Part shown: positions 12,986-25,230 of the stretch, in pieces
Numbering within the stretch: position 1 is the first letter of the stretch
Layout of the letters: the number at the start of each line of letters is the position of its first letter
From: Vicugna vicugna
Lineage: Eukaryota
Assembly (NCBI GenBank): GCA_013265495.1
Contig: MU061814.1
Coordinates: forward strand, 6,327,684 to 6,391,683
DNA length: 64,000 nucleotides
Reading direction: 5' to 3'
Translations under genes and position numbers: made by a program
The notes under the pieces: generated by a model
Seen by the model: only the letters and a program-made list of their open reading frames with translations
What the model was told of the DNA's origin: nothing
Databases searched by the model: none

Positions 12986-15759
12986 GTGAGCGCGACCCCT
13001 GCCGGCACGAGGCCTAGAAAAAGGACGAGACCAGAGGGGGCTCCAGTCCAGCCCTCACTTTCTCCTGGGGCCTGCGGGCCCACCTGCCTCCCTACCTGCC
13101 TCCCTCCCCTCTCTGGGCCCCTCCCTCTCTGGCCCCTCCCCTCTGGCTCCTCCCTTTGGGCTGGAAGCCCTCTGACACCAGCCTGGGATTAGGGGGGATG
13201 TGAGGCCTCTAGGGGTCAGACCTTGATGCTGTGCAAGGCTCTTCTCTTCTCTTGGATGTGCTCCCTCCACCCCGGCTGCTCCTGGCACCAAGCTGTTCCT
13301 AAACCCGCTGAGAGATGCCCGCAGACCCAGGACCACTGGGCTCAAGCCTCCACCTAGAGGCCCGAGGGCCCCACAACGTGGGCCCAGGGAGTGGCTGCCA
13401 TCCCCCACGGCCCTGCGCTCAGAACCCAGCAGGCAGCCGCTCTGTGTGACCCCTTGCCCCAGCGGTCCTGCAGGACAACTCCTTCCAAGGTGCTACCTGC
13501 TTCTGGAGCCCTCTCTGGCCTGAGGAAGGCCGGGGGAGGGGAGGGGGATGTGTTGGGCTCTGCGGGCTCCTGGTGGGGCAGGGTTGGCAGGGGAGCCAGA
13601 GGTCAGACCTGAGGGGCTTCTGGGTGCACTGGTGGAGGCTCTACTAAAGCACCACCGGAAGCTGCTGTCAGCCTGACCTGCCGACGGGCACGAGGCTGAA
13701 ATGCCCCCCAGCCCGAGTGCCCCGTGGCCCTGGGAGCCCACAACCGGCCCCTGGGGCAGACTCTGCTCCGGTGTTACCTCAGTCTACGGCGGCGCTGAGG
13801 GCTGGGGCCTGTCTGAGTCTCAGCTGGGAACACAGCTGTGGCAGGTGTGTCCGGAAGGCTTTCCTCAGGGCAGTGCTCAGCACTGATCTGGCTCTGGTCA
13901 AGGAGAGGGAGGTGCCACAGCCATACAGGACCGCTGCCCTCAGCAGCCAGAGCTAGTCCTGCGGCTGGGGCCTCCCAGGGCCGCTGGGCCGAAGGGAGTG
14001 CTCACCTCCAAGGGCTCACAGGTCACCTGGGGTCTTGAGGAAATATGGAGTGTGACTCAGCCATCCATGCTCTGGTCCCATCTCAGTCCCACTGTCCCTG
14101 AGCACACTTTGAGTCGGGGTGGAGGGGGCAGAAGAGCCCCCGGGCCTTCAGAAAGTGCACTGACTTTGTCTTACCTGGCTCTGAACTTGCTTTGTGCTTT
14201 TGTCGTGTGATGGGTTGTGAGGCCACTTGGTTTTAATAAGGGGAGCAGCACAAGCATTCCTGGACTGCCCGCGTTGTTACTTTCAGTAATCAGTCTCAAC
14301 TGACTCTATCCAGAGAATGCCTGTCCCCAAGGGCAGGGCGCCTGGTGGAGTCAGAACTGCTCACGCAGGAGCCTGGAGTCTGCTGTGCCGGGGGGAGACT
14401 CTTGGGCTTCCTGGAGGTCCAAGGTTGGGAGGCCTGGGGTGTGAGGTGATGGGCTCAGCAAGGACTCTGGACCAGCCAACTGGGGTGGCCCCATCTGGGG
14501 ACCCACAAGAAGGTGTCCCTGGCACCTCACTCTGCACAGCAGAAAACTGAGTTGCAGAAGGGTTGGATAACTCGATCTAGGTAACTTCTCTGGTAAGTGT
14601 ATCTGTCACTGCATTGGAGGGACAGTGACAGAAGTGGAGGGGACCTTCCAGTCAACTGTAGAATCCCTTCCCTGTGTGCCCGTGGTCCACCATCTGCCCC
14701 TGATATTCCCCATCCGCCCCCTCTGCTTTTTTCCCCTCTCTGCCCCTGACCCTCCCCCACCTCTCCCCTGCTCTCCTCCTCTCACTGCACTCTCACCAGC
14801 CTCTCAGCACATTTCCTCCACACCTTGATGTCCTCTAAGCAGGTGACTCACAATTTCTAGTCTGACCTTGGCCCTGAGCACCATGTCAGGGGACAACAGG
14901 CTGTCAATTCCCACAAACCTGCTCTCAGGCCAAACTCTGGAGTCCCGTGTGTCCCTTTCGGGGACTCTCAGCAGCCTGGCCCTTCCCCCAGCCTGTATCC
15001 TAACCTGGCCTTCCGCCTTGGAGCACCCGCTTGTCCATTTCCTGCCCAGCTGTCCTCCCTGGAGGCCTCCCTGCAGGCATGGAAACATTTGACCATTTGT
15101 TGGTGGTCACAGGGATGTGAGGGGATGGGGGACAGCCCGGGTTCCGTCCAGATTTCTTGCCTCCTGGCTCCGGGACAGTGAAGCCTGATTCCCCCAGCAC
15201 CCATCCCTCCAGCTTGCAAGGCAAGCTGGGGGTGTTGTGACTCCCTCTGGCCTGAGTGCATGGTACGCACCACCGTCAGGCTTCATTTAAGGATGGGTCT
15301 GTGAGGACAGGACCTGGCATTTCCTTTTCTTCCCCCCATGATTCCAGGGGCCAGATTTGAGACCTTCTGCTCTAGAGGAATGGGGGTGGGGTGCTTGGTC
15401 CTCCTCTGCCCCTAACCACCTCCCTGGCCTGAGGGAGCCCCACCCAGCCCTATCTCCCAGGCCTCCCAAAGAACCAGTGAGTTTAGAATTTCTGCTTTAA
15501 TCTTAGCTGCCACAGGCTGCACCAGCCTCACTTGCTGGGGGGCAGACACCTGCACACAGTCAGCTGAGGATGGGATGGAGACCTCCTGGGAGGTGACACC
15601 TGAGTTGCCTTAGGGGTGAGTGGAGGCTTCCTCCCAGCATCAGGAGAAGCCAGCAGTGTCCAGCCAGGTCTGGTTTATTTCTCCAAAGGCCCTGTTGGGC
15701 ACCACAGGTTCCTGGACATGGAGTGGGGTGGGAGGGCTCACCCGGAATGGCCTAACCCA

Positions 15760-15760
<1 letters not shown>

Positions 15761-15794
<34 letters not shown>

Positions 15795-15803
15795 TGTGCG
15801 CGC
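15761..15803. repeat. (CA)15 microsatellite extended by tacatgtgcgcgc
   Basis: Read directly from the sequence. Confidence 0.95.
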
Positions 15804-16239
15804 CGCCACCTCCCATGCCCCTTCCTGACCCTCTGTCCCTAAGGGAGCTGGTCCTCTCCTCACCTTCCTTGGCCCATCCCCCAAAGCTCCACACTTGAGT
15901 GGGGATTACCACAAGGGCCTGCCTCCTTGGCAGCCAGTGTTTGTGTTGGGAGGAGGGGCTCCAAAGGCCTAATCCCACCCCAGTCGTCCTGACTGGCCTG
16001 ACCAGGTTTTTGGCCTACTTGGTCTAGAGTGACGCGGGGAGAGAGGGGAAGTGGGAGGAAGAAGGGGAGAGGGAAGTCGGGGAGGAGGGGGGGTGCAGAG
16101 GGGAAGGCTCTCTGGGGAGCAAAAGGCCCCTCCCCTCCCTCACTTGTTCGCCTATTAGTGAGAAGGGGCTGTGTCTTTGCTTCCCCCCCACCTGCAGGCG
16201 GGGCTCATTGTCTGGGGCCTGGGGCCCCTTTGTGTGGGG

Positions 16240-16958
16240 AGGGAGCCTCATTGGCAGGGCATCAATTTGTGTTTATCTGCTCCCTGGCCCTGATTGGCTG
16301 GATGAGAAGGGAGCTTTTCAGGGCCCTGGGACACAGAAGTTCGTGAAGCAACTTTCTGCACCATGAAGTGACCGTGTATACAAGCTTCGGAGTGGAGGTG
16401 TGCCCGCCAGCCAGGATGATGCTCTGCGGGACCTTCCTGGGTGCGTACCTCTCTGCTCCCTGCTTCAGCACCCCTCCCCGGGCCTGTTCACGGGTTTCTG
16501 CCAAGACGCCAAAGGGGCTAATTAGCTGTGTGTCCCTACCGCCCTCAGTGCTCTTTTCTGGGCAGCGGAGGAGGTGACAGACACATGCTCTCTTTAGAGC
16601 AAGGCCGGGGCCCTCAGAAACTGGCCTGCTAATCTCCCCTTCCAGACGCTCAAGCCGGTTGCAGAACTCTGTGGAGGCTGTCCTGTCTGTGGGCCCGCCT
16701 CCCAAGACGAGGTGGGGAGGGCGTCTTGAAGGGGTGTTGTGTGACCGGCATGCCCACCTGGGACTTACTGCAGTAAGAGGCTTTGCTGGGGCCACTGCTC
16801 CCTGGGTTTCCATCACATGCAAAGTTGCTCTGCATGTGTGAGAAACATTCAGTGTAATACTGTCCCAATCATATGTGTGTTTGTGTGTGTAAGTGTTCAC
16901 ACAGTGCCAAAGTGTCGGTGTGTTTGATGTTTTAGCATGAAACAGTCTCTCGATACGG

Positions 16959-16992
<34 letters not shown>

Positions 16993-17179
16993 CAGTCACA
17001 CGGAGTCAGTCCAGGGTGCTGGTGAGAGTGGCTCTCGGTTTTGTTTGCTCCATCTGCCAGAGCCTGCCTGGGGCAGCGCCCCCCCTCGCCCTCAGCTGTT
17101 CGTATACAATATTAATGCTGACCATTGCGGCTCCACACACAACGGCCCTAATTGTCGTCTGCAGCTTTAAGGCGGGCGC
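16240..17179 (+). promoter_or_regulatory. Candidate promoter/enhancer region
   Basis: Inverted CCAAT boxes (ATTGG at 16250; CTGATTGGCT at 16290-16299), an E-box CAGCTG near 17093, a GC box ggcggg at 17171, and an unsequenced gap with GC-rich flanks. Confidence 0.45.
16961..16991. repeat. (GT)15 microsatellite
   Basis: Read directly from the sequence. Confidence 0.95.
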
Positions 17180-17390
17180 NNNNNNNNNNNNNNNNNNNNN
17201 NNNNNNNNNNNNNNNNNNNNNNNNNNNNNNNNNNNNNNNNNNNNNNNNNNNNNNNNNNNNNNNNNNNNNNNNNNNNNNNNNNNNNNNNNNNNNNNNNNNN
17301 NNNNNNNNNNNNNNNNNNNNNNNNNNNNNNNNNNNNNNNNNNNNNNNNNNNNNNNNNNNNNNNNNNNNNNNNNNNNNNNNNNNNNNNNNN
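17180..17390. other. Assembly gap (211 N)
   Basis: N run. Confidence 1.
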
Positions 17391-17802
17391 GCCCGCCTCC
17401 CCAGCTCCCACAAACCTTCCTTAGCAAGTGCTGCAGCTTCCAGTCTGGTTTTGCAAATCTCCCCATTTCTCCCGTGTGGCATTTGAGGACCCCCCAGTTA
17501 GAAGTTGCTTCCCTATGGATCTTCCCAAACTTAAGTCACAGGCAACTTCCCCACAGACTCATTAAATGAAATAAAGCTTAAAGGAACTCTATGCTTAGTT
17601 ATGGAAAAGGAAGTATTTTATGATTTTTAAGAAATCCTGACTTTCCCCCTGTGTAGGAAAGAAAGTTTTCAGTGACATCTTGCTGCTGTCACTTACAAGA
17701 AAGGCTGGGAGCCTTGGTTTCGAGCCGGCTCTCCCCGCCAGGTTCAGTGACTGCCGAGAGCCTGCCATGACTGCAGAGAACAAAGGCCTCGGCGAACGAG
17801 GG

Positions 17803-17823
17803 AGCGCTGTCCAGCGTGCTGAT
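17803..17823 (-). promoter_or_regulatory. Canonical-spacing RE1/NRSE (REST-binding) element
   Basis: The minus strand reads ATCAGCACG-CT-GGACAGCGCT versus consensus TTCAGCACC-NN-GGACAGCGCC. It lies about 400 bp downstream of the GC-rich gap at 17180-17390. Confidence 0.75.
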
Positions 17824-20062
17824 CCGACCCCACCACTCTGGCTGAAGGAAGCCGGCAAACCCTGGAAACTTGCCGGCTGAGTACCTTCCCTGCTCCCTTC
17901 CTGTGGCTCCTCCTTTGTTCTCTTGATGGCGTTGGAGAAAGATTTTGAACCTTTACTCATCAAAACCTGTCTTCTGAACAGGCTCTTTCAACTGTGACCC
18001 CCTAGTAGGGGCTCCCAGGGCTTCTCTCCAGGCGCTTGAAACAGGCACCCACTTGAAGTTCTGAGCATGTGAATGCTCCCTGGTTAGCCTCAGGTGGAGT
18101 CCAGAGGCCCCATCCCAGACCACTGGGCTACAAGCCTGGGGAAACCTGCTGACTGGTGGTGGTGGGGGGTTGGTGTGGCAAGCACCACAAATGTAACTGT
18201 AACGTTACCTGAAAAAACAGCTGTCATCCCGGTCTTTTTGTTGCGTGCACTGACGTTACCTCTGCTCGCTGTTGTTTCCTGGGTTTGAGTGTCACACATC
18301 TGAATTAACTACTTTGAAACACTGGGTATTGTTGGAGAATATGGCTGATTCAGCACCGGCCCTCCCTGTGATTCTATCTTCATCTGGAACAATGGTGCTG
18401 TCTGCGCCTGCAGCCTGCCGATAAGAGTTTAATAGAGTTTCTGAATGCCAAAGGTTTGGGATGTAAAATATCCCAGCACTTGCAGCGTGTCCAGAGGAGA
18501 CAGAAAATGGCTTTCAGGAAAGCTCTTAACTGAACACTCTCCCTGTGCTGGTGGGTGTGGGCTTAGGGGAGAGTGAGGACAATGTTCCGCAGCCATCGCG
18601 TGGCCCAAGCTGCTCTCATCTGGCTGATTAATCTTGCATCCTCAGTTTGACCAGTGAGGGCTTGCCTTTATTTCCTTTTGCTCAAGCTGAGAGATCGCTC
18701 CGAGTATAGTTTGTATTTCACTTGTGGATAATAGCGTGTATGTATAAAGACTGAACATCTCTCCTTTTAGGACGAAGCTCGTTGGCTCACTTGTAATGTG
18801 GGCAGCAGCTCTGGAAGTTAGAAACAGTTGGTTGTGGAAGAGTTTAGCTGATCTTCAAAACTTGCTCTCTTAAAGAAAGCTAAATGTTTCAGTTCTGTCT
18901 CGTGTGCTTGTGGTGGCCTGAGCCCTTTAGCTTTAATTAACTTGGCGGTGCTGTGTTCATGCATAACTTACCAAGGAGTGATACTTACTGTCTGCTGCAA
19001 TCTCTGCTCTGAATTCTGGGCCAGGAGTCATGCTGGCCCGTGACAGTCCATTCTTTGCAGGTGTCTGAAATTCAGCTTGTGTCATGTTTCATAGAACAGC
19101 TTCTGACAACCTGAGTACGGTAATGGACAAGTGTTTGCCTGCTTTATCAGTAAGAAGAAGGAATTTGAACAGTAAGCCAGAATACCCTGGCTCCTGGGTG
19201 TGCCTACTGAGGACATTTCTGCATTTGTCCCTGAATGTAGAAAAAAATCACAAGCCAGCGCCAAAGAAAGCAGACAGCGGGCTGCGTGGAGAGTGGGTGG
19301 GCACTGCTATTGTGTGTTACAGACTTTCGCCTCTTGACTTTCACTGGCTAGCTCCTCACAGGCAGTTTGAAAAAGACTCAGAAAGACAGGGAGCTGAGTG
19401 GTGTGCATCCCTCTGGCTGGGATAAGCGTAGTGGTTTCCAGGTGTAGGATCTTGTGGCTTCAGGAGGGCTCAAGCCCTCTTTGAGAGGGTTTTATTATTT
19501 TAAGACTTGAAACAAAAAGGAAACATGTGATAAAAGAAAGTATCTTGCAGAGTATCTTCTCCTGATCTATTATTTGTGTGTGTGACTTCTATTTATTTGT
19601 TTTTTGGTCTGTGGCCATAGGTACCTTTTACACACTTAAAAAAACACGTACGTACATACTTACCCATTTAAGTCACTGATACTTGAATATGCAGATGAGC
19701 CACTGTGTGACCCTCCTGGCTCATCTGAGTAATAAATTCTGCAATCCGTTTTTTTATGACGGTAGGTCGTATTCCCAACCACCAATAAATATTGTGAAGT
19801 ACTTTCGCTGCAGCCGTGCTAACCCAGGGCATCTGTCATTCCGGTCGCTGCTATTAGGAATTATTGGACTGAACCACTGGTGGAGAAAGCAGAGGGGGGG
19901 TGAGCTTGGTGGTTGTGACGCTCTCTGCCCTTCTGTGTGTTTTGCAGTAAAAAAACCAAACCGTGCTGCATATTAATTATGAATCCGTGTGGGCAAATGC
20001 AGGCACCTTCTGTTGGCTGAGGCTTGGAGCAGGAGACAGAGGCTGGGCTGGCCTGGGCACCT

Positions 20063-20313
20063 NNNNNNNNNNNNNNNNNNNNNNNNNNNNNNNNNNNNNN
20101 NNNNNNNNNNNNNNNNNNNNNNNNNNNNNNNNNNNNNNNNNNNNNNNNNNNNNNNNNNNNNNNNNNNNNNNNNNNNNNNNNNNNNNNNNNNNNNNNNNNN
20201 NNNNNNNNNNNNNNNNNNNNNNNNNNNNNNNNNNNNNNNNNNNNNNNNNNNNNNNNNNNNNNNNNNNNNNNNNNNNNNNNNNNNNNNNNNNNNNNNNNNN
20301 NNNNNNNNNNNNN
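20063..20313. other. Assembly gap (251 N)
   Basis: N run. Confidence 1.
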
Positions 20314-23300
20314 CCACATGTGACCGCTGGGAGGGAGGCAGCTGCCTCGCCTCTCCACCCCGTCCACCCTGCACCCCCATGTAAATTTCATGATTGCTTT
20401 CCGTGATGTCATTTTGAAGGAGGACAGACAATAGCTGTGGGGAAAGGTAAGTCAATGTTACGTTCTTTCGCTGACAAAGGCAGCCATCCAGAGCTTGGCT
20501 TTTCCCCTCGGACGGAGATGGGGAGAGGGCGTGAGCAGAGCTGATTTCTAAGATGAAGGCTTTCTTTGCTGGAAAAGCAGGTCTGGGGATGGCTTTTTAA
20601 AGCCGCTCTGTTGGACTGGGGATTTTTCTTCTCCTGGGTCTGCCTGTGGCTGTTTTCCTTGGCTTCCTCTGTCCGTCTCTCTGGCTTGTTCACGCGCTCG
20701 GCCTCTCTGAGTGTCCAGTGGGTACACTGTGCGTCTGACAGAAAAGACATTTGGGGACCTTGTGTCGAGATGAGAAACTTTATGTGCATTTCTGGAAGAG
20801 GAGCACAGACATAGCTGCAGCCGTGGGACCCAGCAGCTATGTGCTCGGGGAAAACACTGGCTCCTTAAAGTGGAAGACCTCTCAGGAGCGGGGAACGCAG
20901 AGTCAGTACCGCGTGGGCGACCCCCACCCGAGACACGGCGTAGAGATGGTCATGTGAGCGCTCTGTCTGTGCGTGTCACGTATTTCTAAACTTAAGGAGC
21001 AGCATCTAGGCTGCATGTGTCTGAGGAATAGACGCACTGAACTCAGTATCGCTGCTCCTCGGGCTCCTTCTCCTGCTGTGTGATCGGGGTCACAAGCGTG
21101 GTTGTTTATGGAATTAGTGTAACTGGGTCTTCATATTTAAAACTAGAAATCAGATTTAGCCAAGAAGTCAGTGTGAGCTTTGAACGATGTGATGCTGTTG
21201 GCTGTAGGGTGATGTGCTCTGGGGCCGTGGACTTTGTCTGCTGGGTTCACTTTCCTCTTTGTGAATCAGGAAAATAAACGAGCTGGCGGTGGCTCTTGGG
21301 TTGCGGTGCGGTGGGTCCTCTTCATGAGAGCTGCTCTTTCTGAGTCACCCAGGGCTCTCTGGTCTCAGCATCACCTCTGCACCAGTGGATGCCATTGGCT
21401 GGTAAAGTTGGGCTTTAATTTCTGAAACAACCTCCGAGTGGTAGGCCTGGAAGCGGGATGTGGGCTTGGTCCTGGGCCGTCTGACGAGGCCGTTACAATG
21501 GCGATAATGACGGCGATTATTATCATTATCCTTTTGGGGAAGGGGGATGAGGAATTTTGCCCCAGTGGTTAAAAAAAAAATCAAAGAGACCTGAGGACAT
21601 CTGTGAGGCTAGCGGCGGAGTGAACAAAAGGCAGGAGAGTGCTGGGCAAACCCAGAGGAAGTGAACCCTCAGCCTTGGTGCGAGAGGACGTACTTGGACT
21701 CTGCCTCCTCCAGATGCTGGCATGGCCTGCCCTGCCCTCGCTCTGGCCCAGGGAGGCCCAGGCTCCTCACCATCGGGGGTGGGGGCTCCCCTCCCATTGG
21801 TCCTTGGCTGTGATTTTCACCTCCTTCCATATGGCTCTGCTAATTAATGGTAAACAAAAGAGAGAGGGAGCAGGGATTGGAGTTTTGTGGTACCAGAGGG
21901 GAGGGTGTCACCAACAGGGCTGGACCCAGGGCTGTTTGCTATGCAGAGGAGGCCAGCTTAGGGCTTACAGGGCAGTTTGTTTGCAAAGAGAAGGGGGCAG
22001 CTTCATGGACCCTTCTGTCCCGTGGGGCTGGAGACTGAGGCCCCTGCAGGGTGTCCTTACCTCCTGGGAACTTGGTTAGCACTGGAACTCACAGGGATGT
22101 CTGCTGATCCAGGGGGCTGAGCAGGGGCCTTGGAGAGTTGGATATGAAGGCCTTCAATCTTGGAACCCCCTGGGTTTTGACCCTTTTGGACCATGGACCC
22201 AGACATGGGCCGGGGAGCTCACCAAGGGCAGGGGGTTTCTTCTGTCTAAAGTGTAACCCAGGGGGCCTATGTGACCCTCAGGCATTGCCCATAGGTCTGG
22301 AGGCAGCCCAGATAGTCAGAGCCAATGCCCCAGACCATCTCGGAAGATTCTGATTAAGGCAACAGTCACCCATTGCCCTGAACACGCTCGGTGCCTCAGG
22401 GAGGAGGACCTGCTCTGAGATGACCCCATGCGGTGGGCAGAGCCTTTGGGGTGCAAAGTTGCTCTGTCCCTGCGGTCATGGCCGCTTGTACTGGAAAGCC
22501 CTATCACTGCCCAGTGGCATCAGGGAGAGGCTGGCAGAGTGTATGCTGACACAGGAGTGTTCTCAGACGCATTCCAGGCAACTGACCTACAGCAGTGCCC
22601 CTTCTGGCTGAAGCGAGACCTGTTCCCCCTTGGCTGTGGTGGACGCTCTCCCTGGTGCTGCCCAGAACCAGGGCCCCTTCTCCCTGGGCCTTACTGTCCA
22701 CCTCTGGCCTGGGGTCGCCAAATGTGGCCATGAGGACATGGATGACTCTGGGTGAAGCGGGTGGTGCATGTGAGGTGGGGGCAGAAGGACCTGTACTAAC
22801 TCTGGGAGTTGGGTTGGGGAGCCCAGGGGCTGTGTGCCGCCCCTTCCTGTGGTGGTGCCCAGGCCTGGGTGACGGCCGCACAGGTTGGATGCTGCTTTGC
22901 ACGGACCAACACTGCAGACTGACAAGTGCCTCTGGTCCTTGCACAGCTGCTCTGAGGGCAGTGGGCAGGCTGGTGCGGGCTGGGCTCCTCCTGAAAGCAA
23001 GAGGCACTTCTGCTGTGGGGAAAAGAGAGCGAGGAGGGCTGGGAAGGGGGACCAGGAGCAACCAGAACTCCTTGGTGGGCACTGGGCCCTAAGTGGACAG
23101 AGGCAGGGAACTGGCTGCCAGGTGGGCAGGGGCTGCCTGGTCACCTGACCCTCGGACCGGCAGGGCACCGAGCGACCACTCAGACTTGCATGTTAGAGAG
23201 GTCAATGCTGTGCCAGTCCAGCCCTCGGACACCCACTCCAGATCTGCTTTTTGTTGGCTTTTATCTGGTGGAGAGCCGGCCTGGGAGCCAGGAAGGGGCT

Positions 23301-25069
23301 GGCCCAGAGGGCCCTCCCCCGACTCCCTCCACTCCCACCAGCTCCTAGATCCTCCCATCTGCTCCTTCCTTGTGAACTCCCTCATGAATAAGCTAGAAGT
23401 TATTTGTCTACAGATGTAATGTTAGCAGGAATTTTACGGTGTGAGTTTACAGGCGAACAGTCTTTGGAAGCCGGCACCATCAAGAGATTAGTCAGCCCGG
23501 AAAATGCCGTTTCCCAGAAGGGAGGAGATAGCTGCCCCCAGCCAGCTCTCCGCTCCCGGAAGACACCCCCCCCCCGCCCTCCCCTGGGGACCCCTCAGGG
23601 GCCACCACTGTGCAGGCCAGAGTGCTTGCCAAGGGGGCTTTCGGGTGGCGTGTTTCCTGTCTTTCACAGATGGCTAAATTTCCCCAAATACTGCTTAGAA
23701 AACCCTAAAGACAAAATGAGACTTAGAACGCTTCTGCTCTGAGTTCCCTTGAGGTTGCTTCAGAGAGAGGAGAGTAACCAGCACCTGCCGGCAGAGACAG
23801 GGCTCCGTCCTGCCTGTCCGCGTGGAGCCCACCCACCCGGCCCCTCTGGCGGCCGGGCAGCGAGGAGCTCCTGTGAGAAGAGGCTGCACCCACCCTTTCT
23901 CCCTCTTTCCTTTTTAAATTTGCTCTTTAAAAAATGCAGCATTGTTTTATTCAGATGGAATGAACGTGCTCAGAGGACATTTTAATCTGCCACTGCGGGG
24001 CTGTGACCACATCTGCCCCCGCTGTCAGGATTAGTTCGGTAGTCGGAGAGGGGAAAAGGGTCCAGCTCGCGGCTCCCCTTGCCTGGGCGCTGCCAGCTCT
24101 GCATCCACAGGCCCCCCTCCCGGTGCTCAGGCCACTGGAGGGGCCCCTTGGATTGGTGCCGACACGTGTGGTGTGTGTGCCCAGGGGTTCGTTTGGGATT
24201 GCGGCCTGGGAGTAGGGCCTGCAGGGAGGGTGCCTGTGGGGCAGGCCCCAGGCAAGGTGCGTGGGCACGTCCATCCAGACCTCGGAGGCAGAGCGGACGC
24301 GCCATATGGCCTGAGCTGCGGGCAGCTTAGCCCCTGGCTCCCACCTCCCCCTCACGCCTGGCTTCACACCTTGATCATGTTCGACATCGGTCTGAGGGCT
24401 CTGGCACAAGCCATCTGGGTCCTCTCCTTCTTCCCCATTTCGTTGCCTAAAAACTCCACTTTACAGCAGCAGCATGAGTGAGAGATCCCCGGAGTCGGGG
24501 CTGGACAGACTGCCTTCGCCTTGGCCCTCAGCCCCTCCGGACCCAGGGTGGAGCTGTGCCTGCTGGGAGGGAGCTCGGTGCTCCGTTGTCCCTGCCTTAC
24601 AAGGTCCCTGAGGGCCGGACACCCCTGAGCTCTGAAGCCCCTGGCACATCTCTGCTGTCCCTGCACATCGTGCTGAGTCCACCTGTCAAAGCACCTCTGC
24701 TGCACCCGCAGGGCTTGCTGAATTCCAGAAATAACACAGCTCAGCCACAGTTGTGCTCTGGGCAGCCCGGTGGTTCCTGAGTGAAGGTGCAGCCACGACA
24801 TGTTTCACAGACTCAGAGCTTCACCTTTGCTCTAAGCAAGGTGCCCTGGGGGTGAGGGCCCCCAGCCTCAGTGACTCTGCTGGGTCACCAGACTGCTTTA
24901 CGTGTAACTGTGCAACTTCTCACACATTCTACCAAGGTTCTGTGGGGTAGAACCAGGGACTTGTGATGGGAAGGGCCACATTTAACACTGTTTTCATTGA
25001 TACTGGGCCATTATCCCACAACACACATACAACGGGACCAGGAGTGGCTCTGTTGTGAGGGGCAAACAG

Positions 25070-25230
25070 ATGCACTTGACACTGTTATTTCAACCGTGTG
25101 GCCTAAGGCTGTGCTGACCAATTTAGTTCCCACTAACACGCCCAGTGGGTAGACACCATTGCAGCCCCATTTCACAGACAAGGCCCTGAGGCTGGGAACC
25201 CAGGTGAGAGTGCAGCCTGGTTTTGAAATT
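25070..25230 (-). mobile_element. MIR SINE relic
   Basis: ccccatttcacagacaaggccctgaggct resembles the MIR core (reverse complement). Confidence 0.5.

Noticed and set aside
17171-17397. Inverted GC-box arms (ggcgggc...gcccgcc) flanking the first gap
   Set aside because: Only 7 bp, common in GC-rich promoters, and the interior is unsequenced.
16330-17668. AAAGTT hexamers (MYT1-family binding core) near the promoter region, suggesting autoregulation
   Set aside because: A few isolated 6-mers in about 1.3 kb without paired spacing are close to chance expectation.
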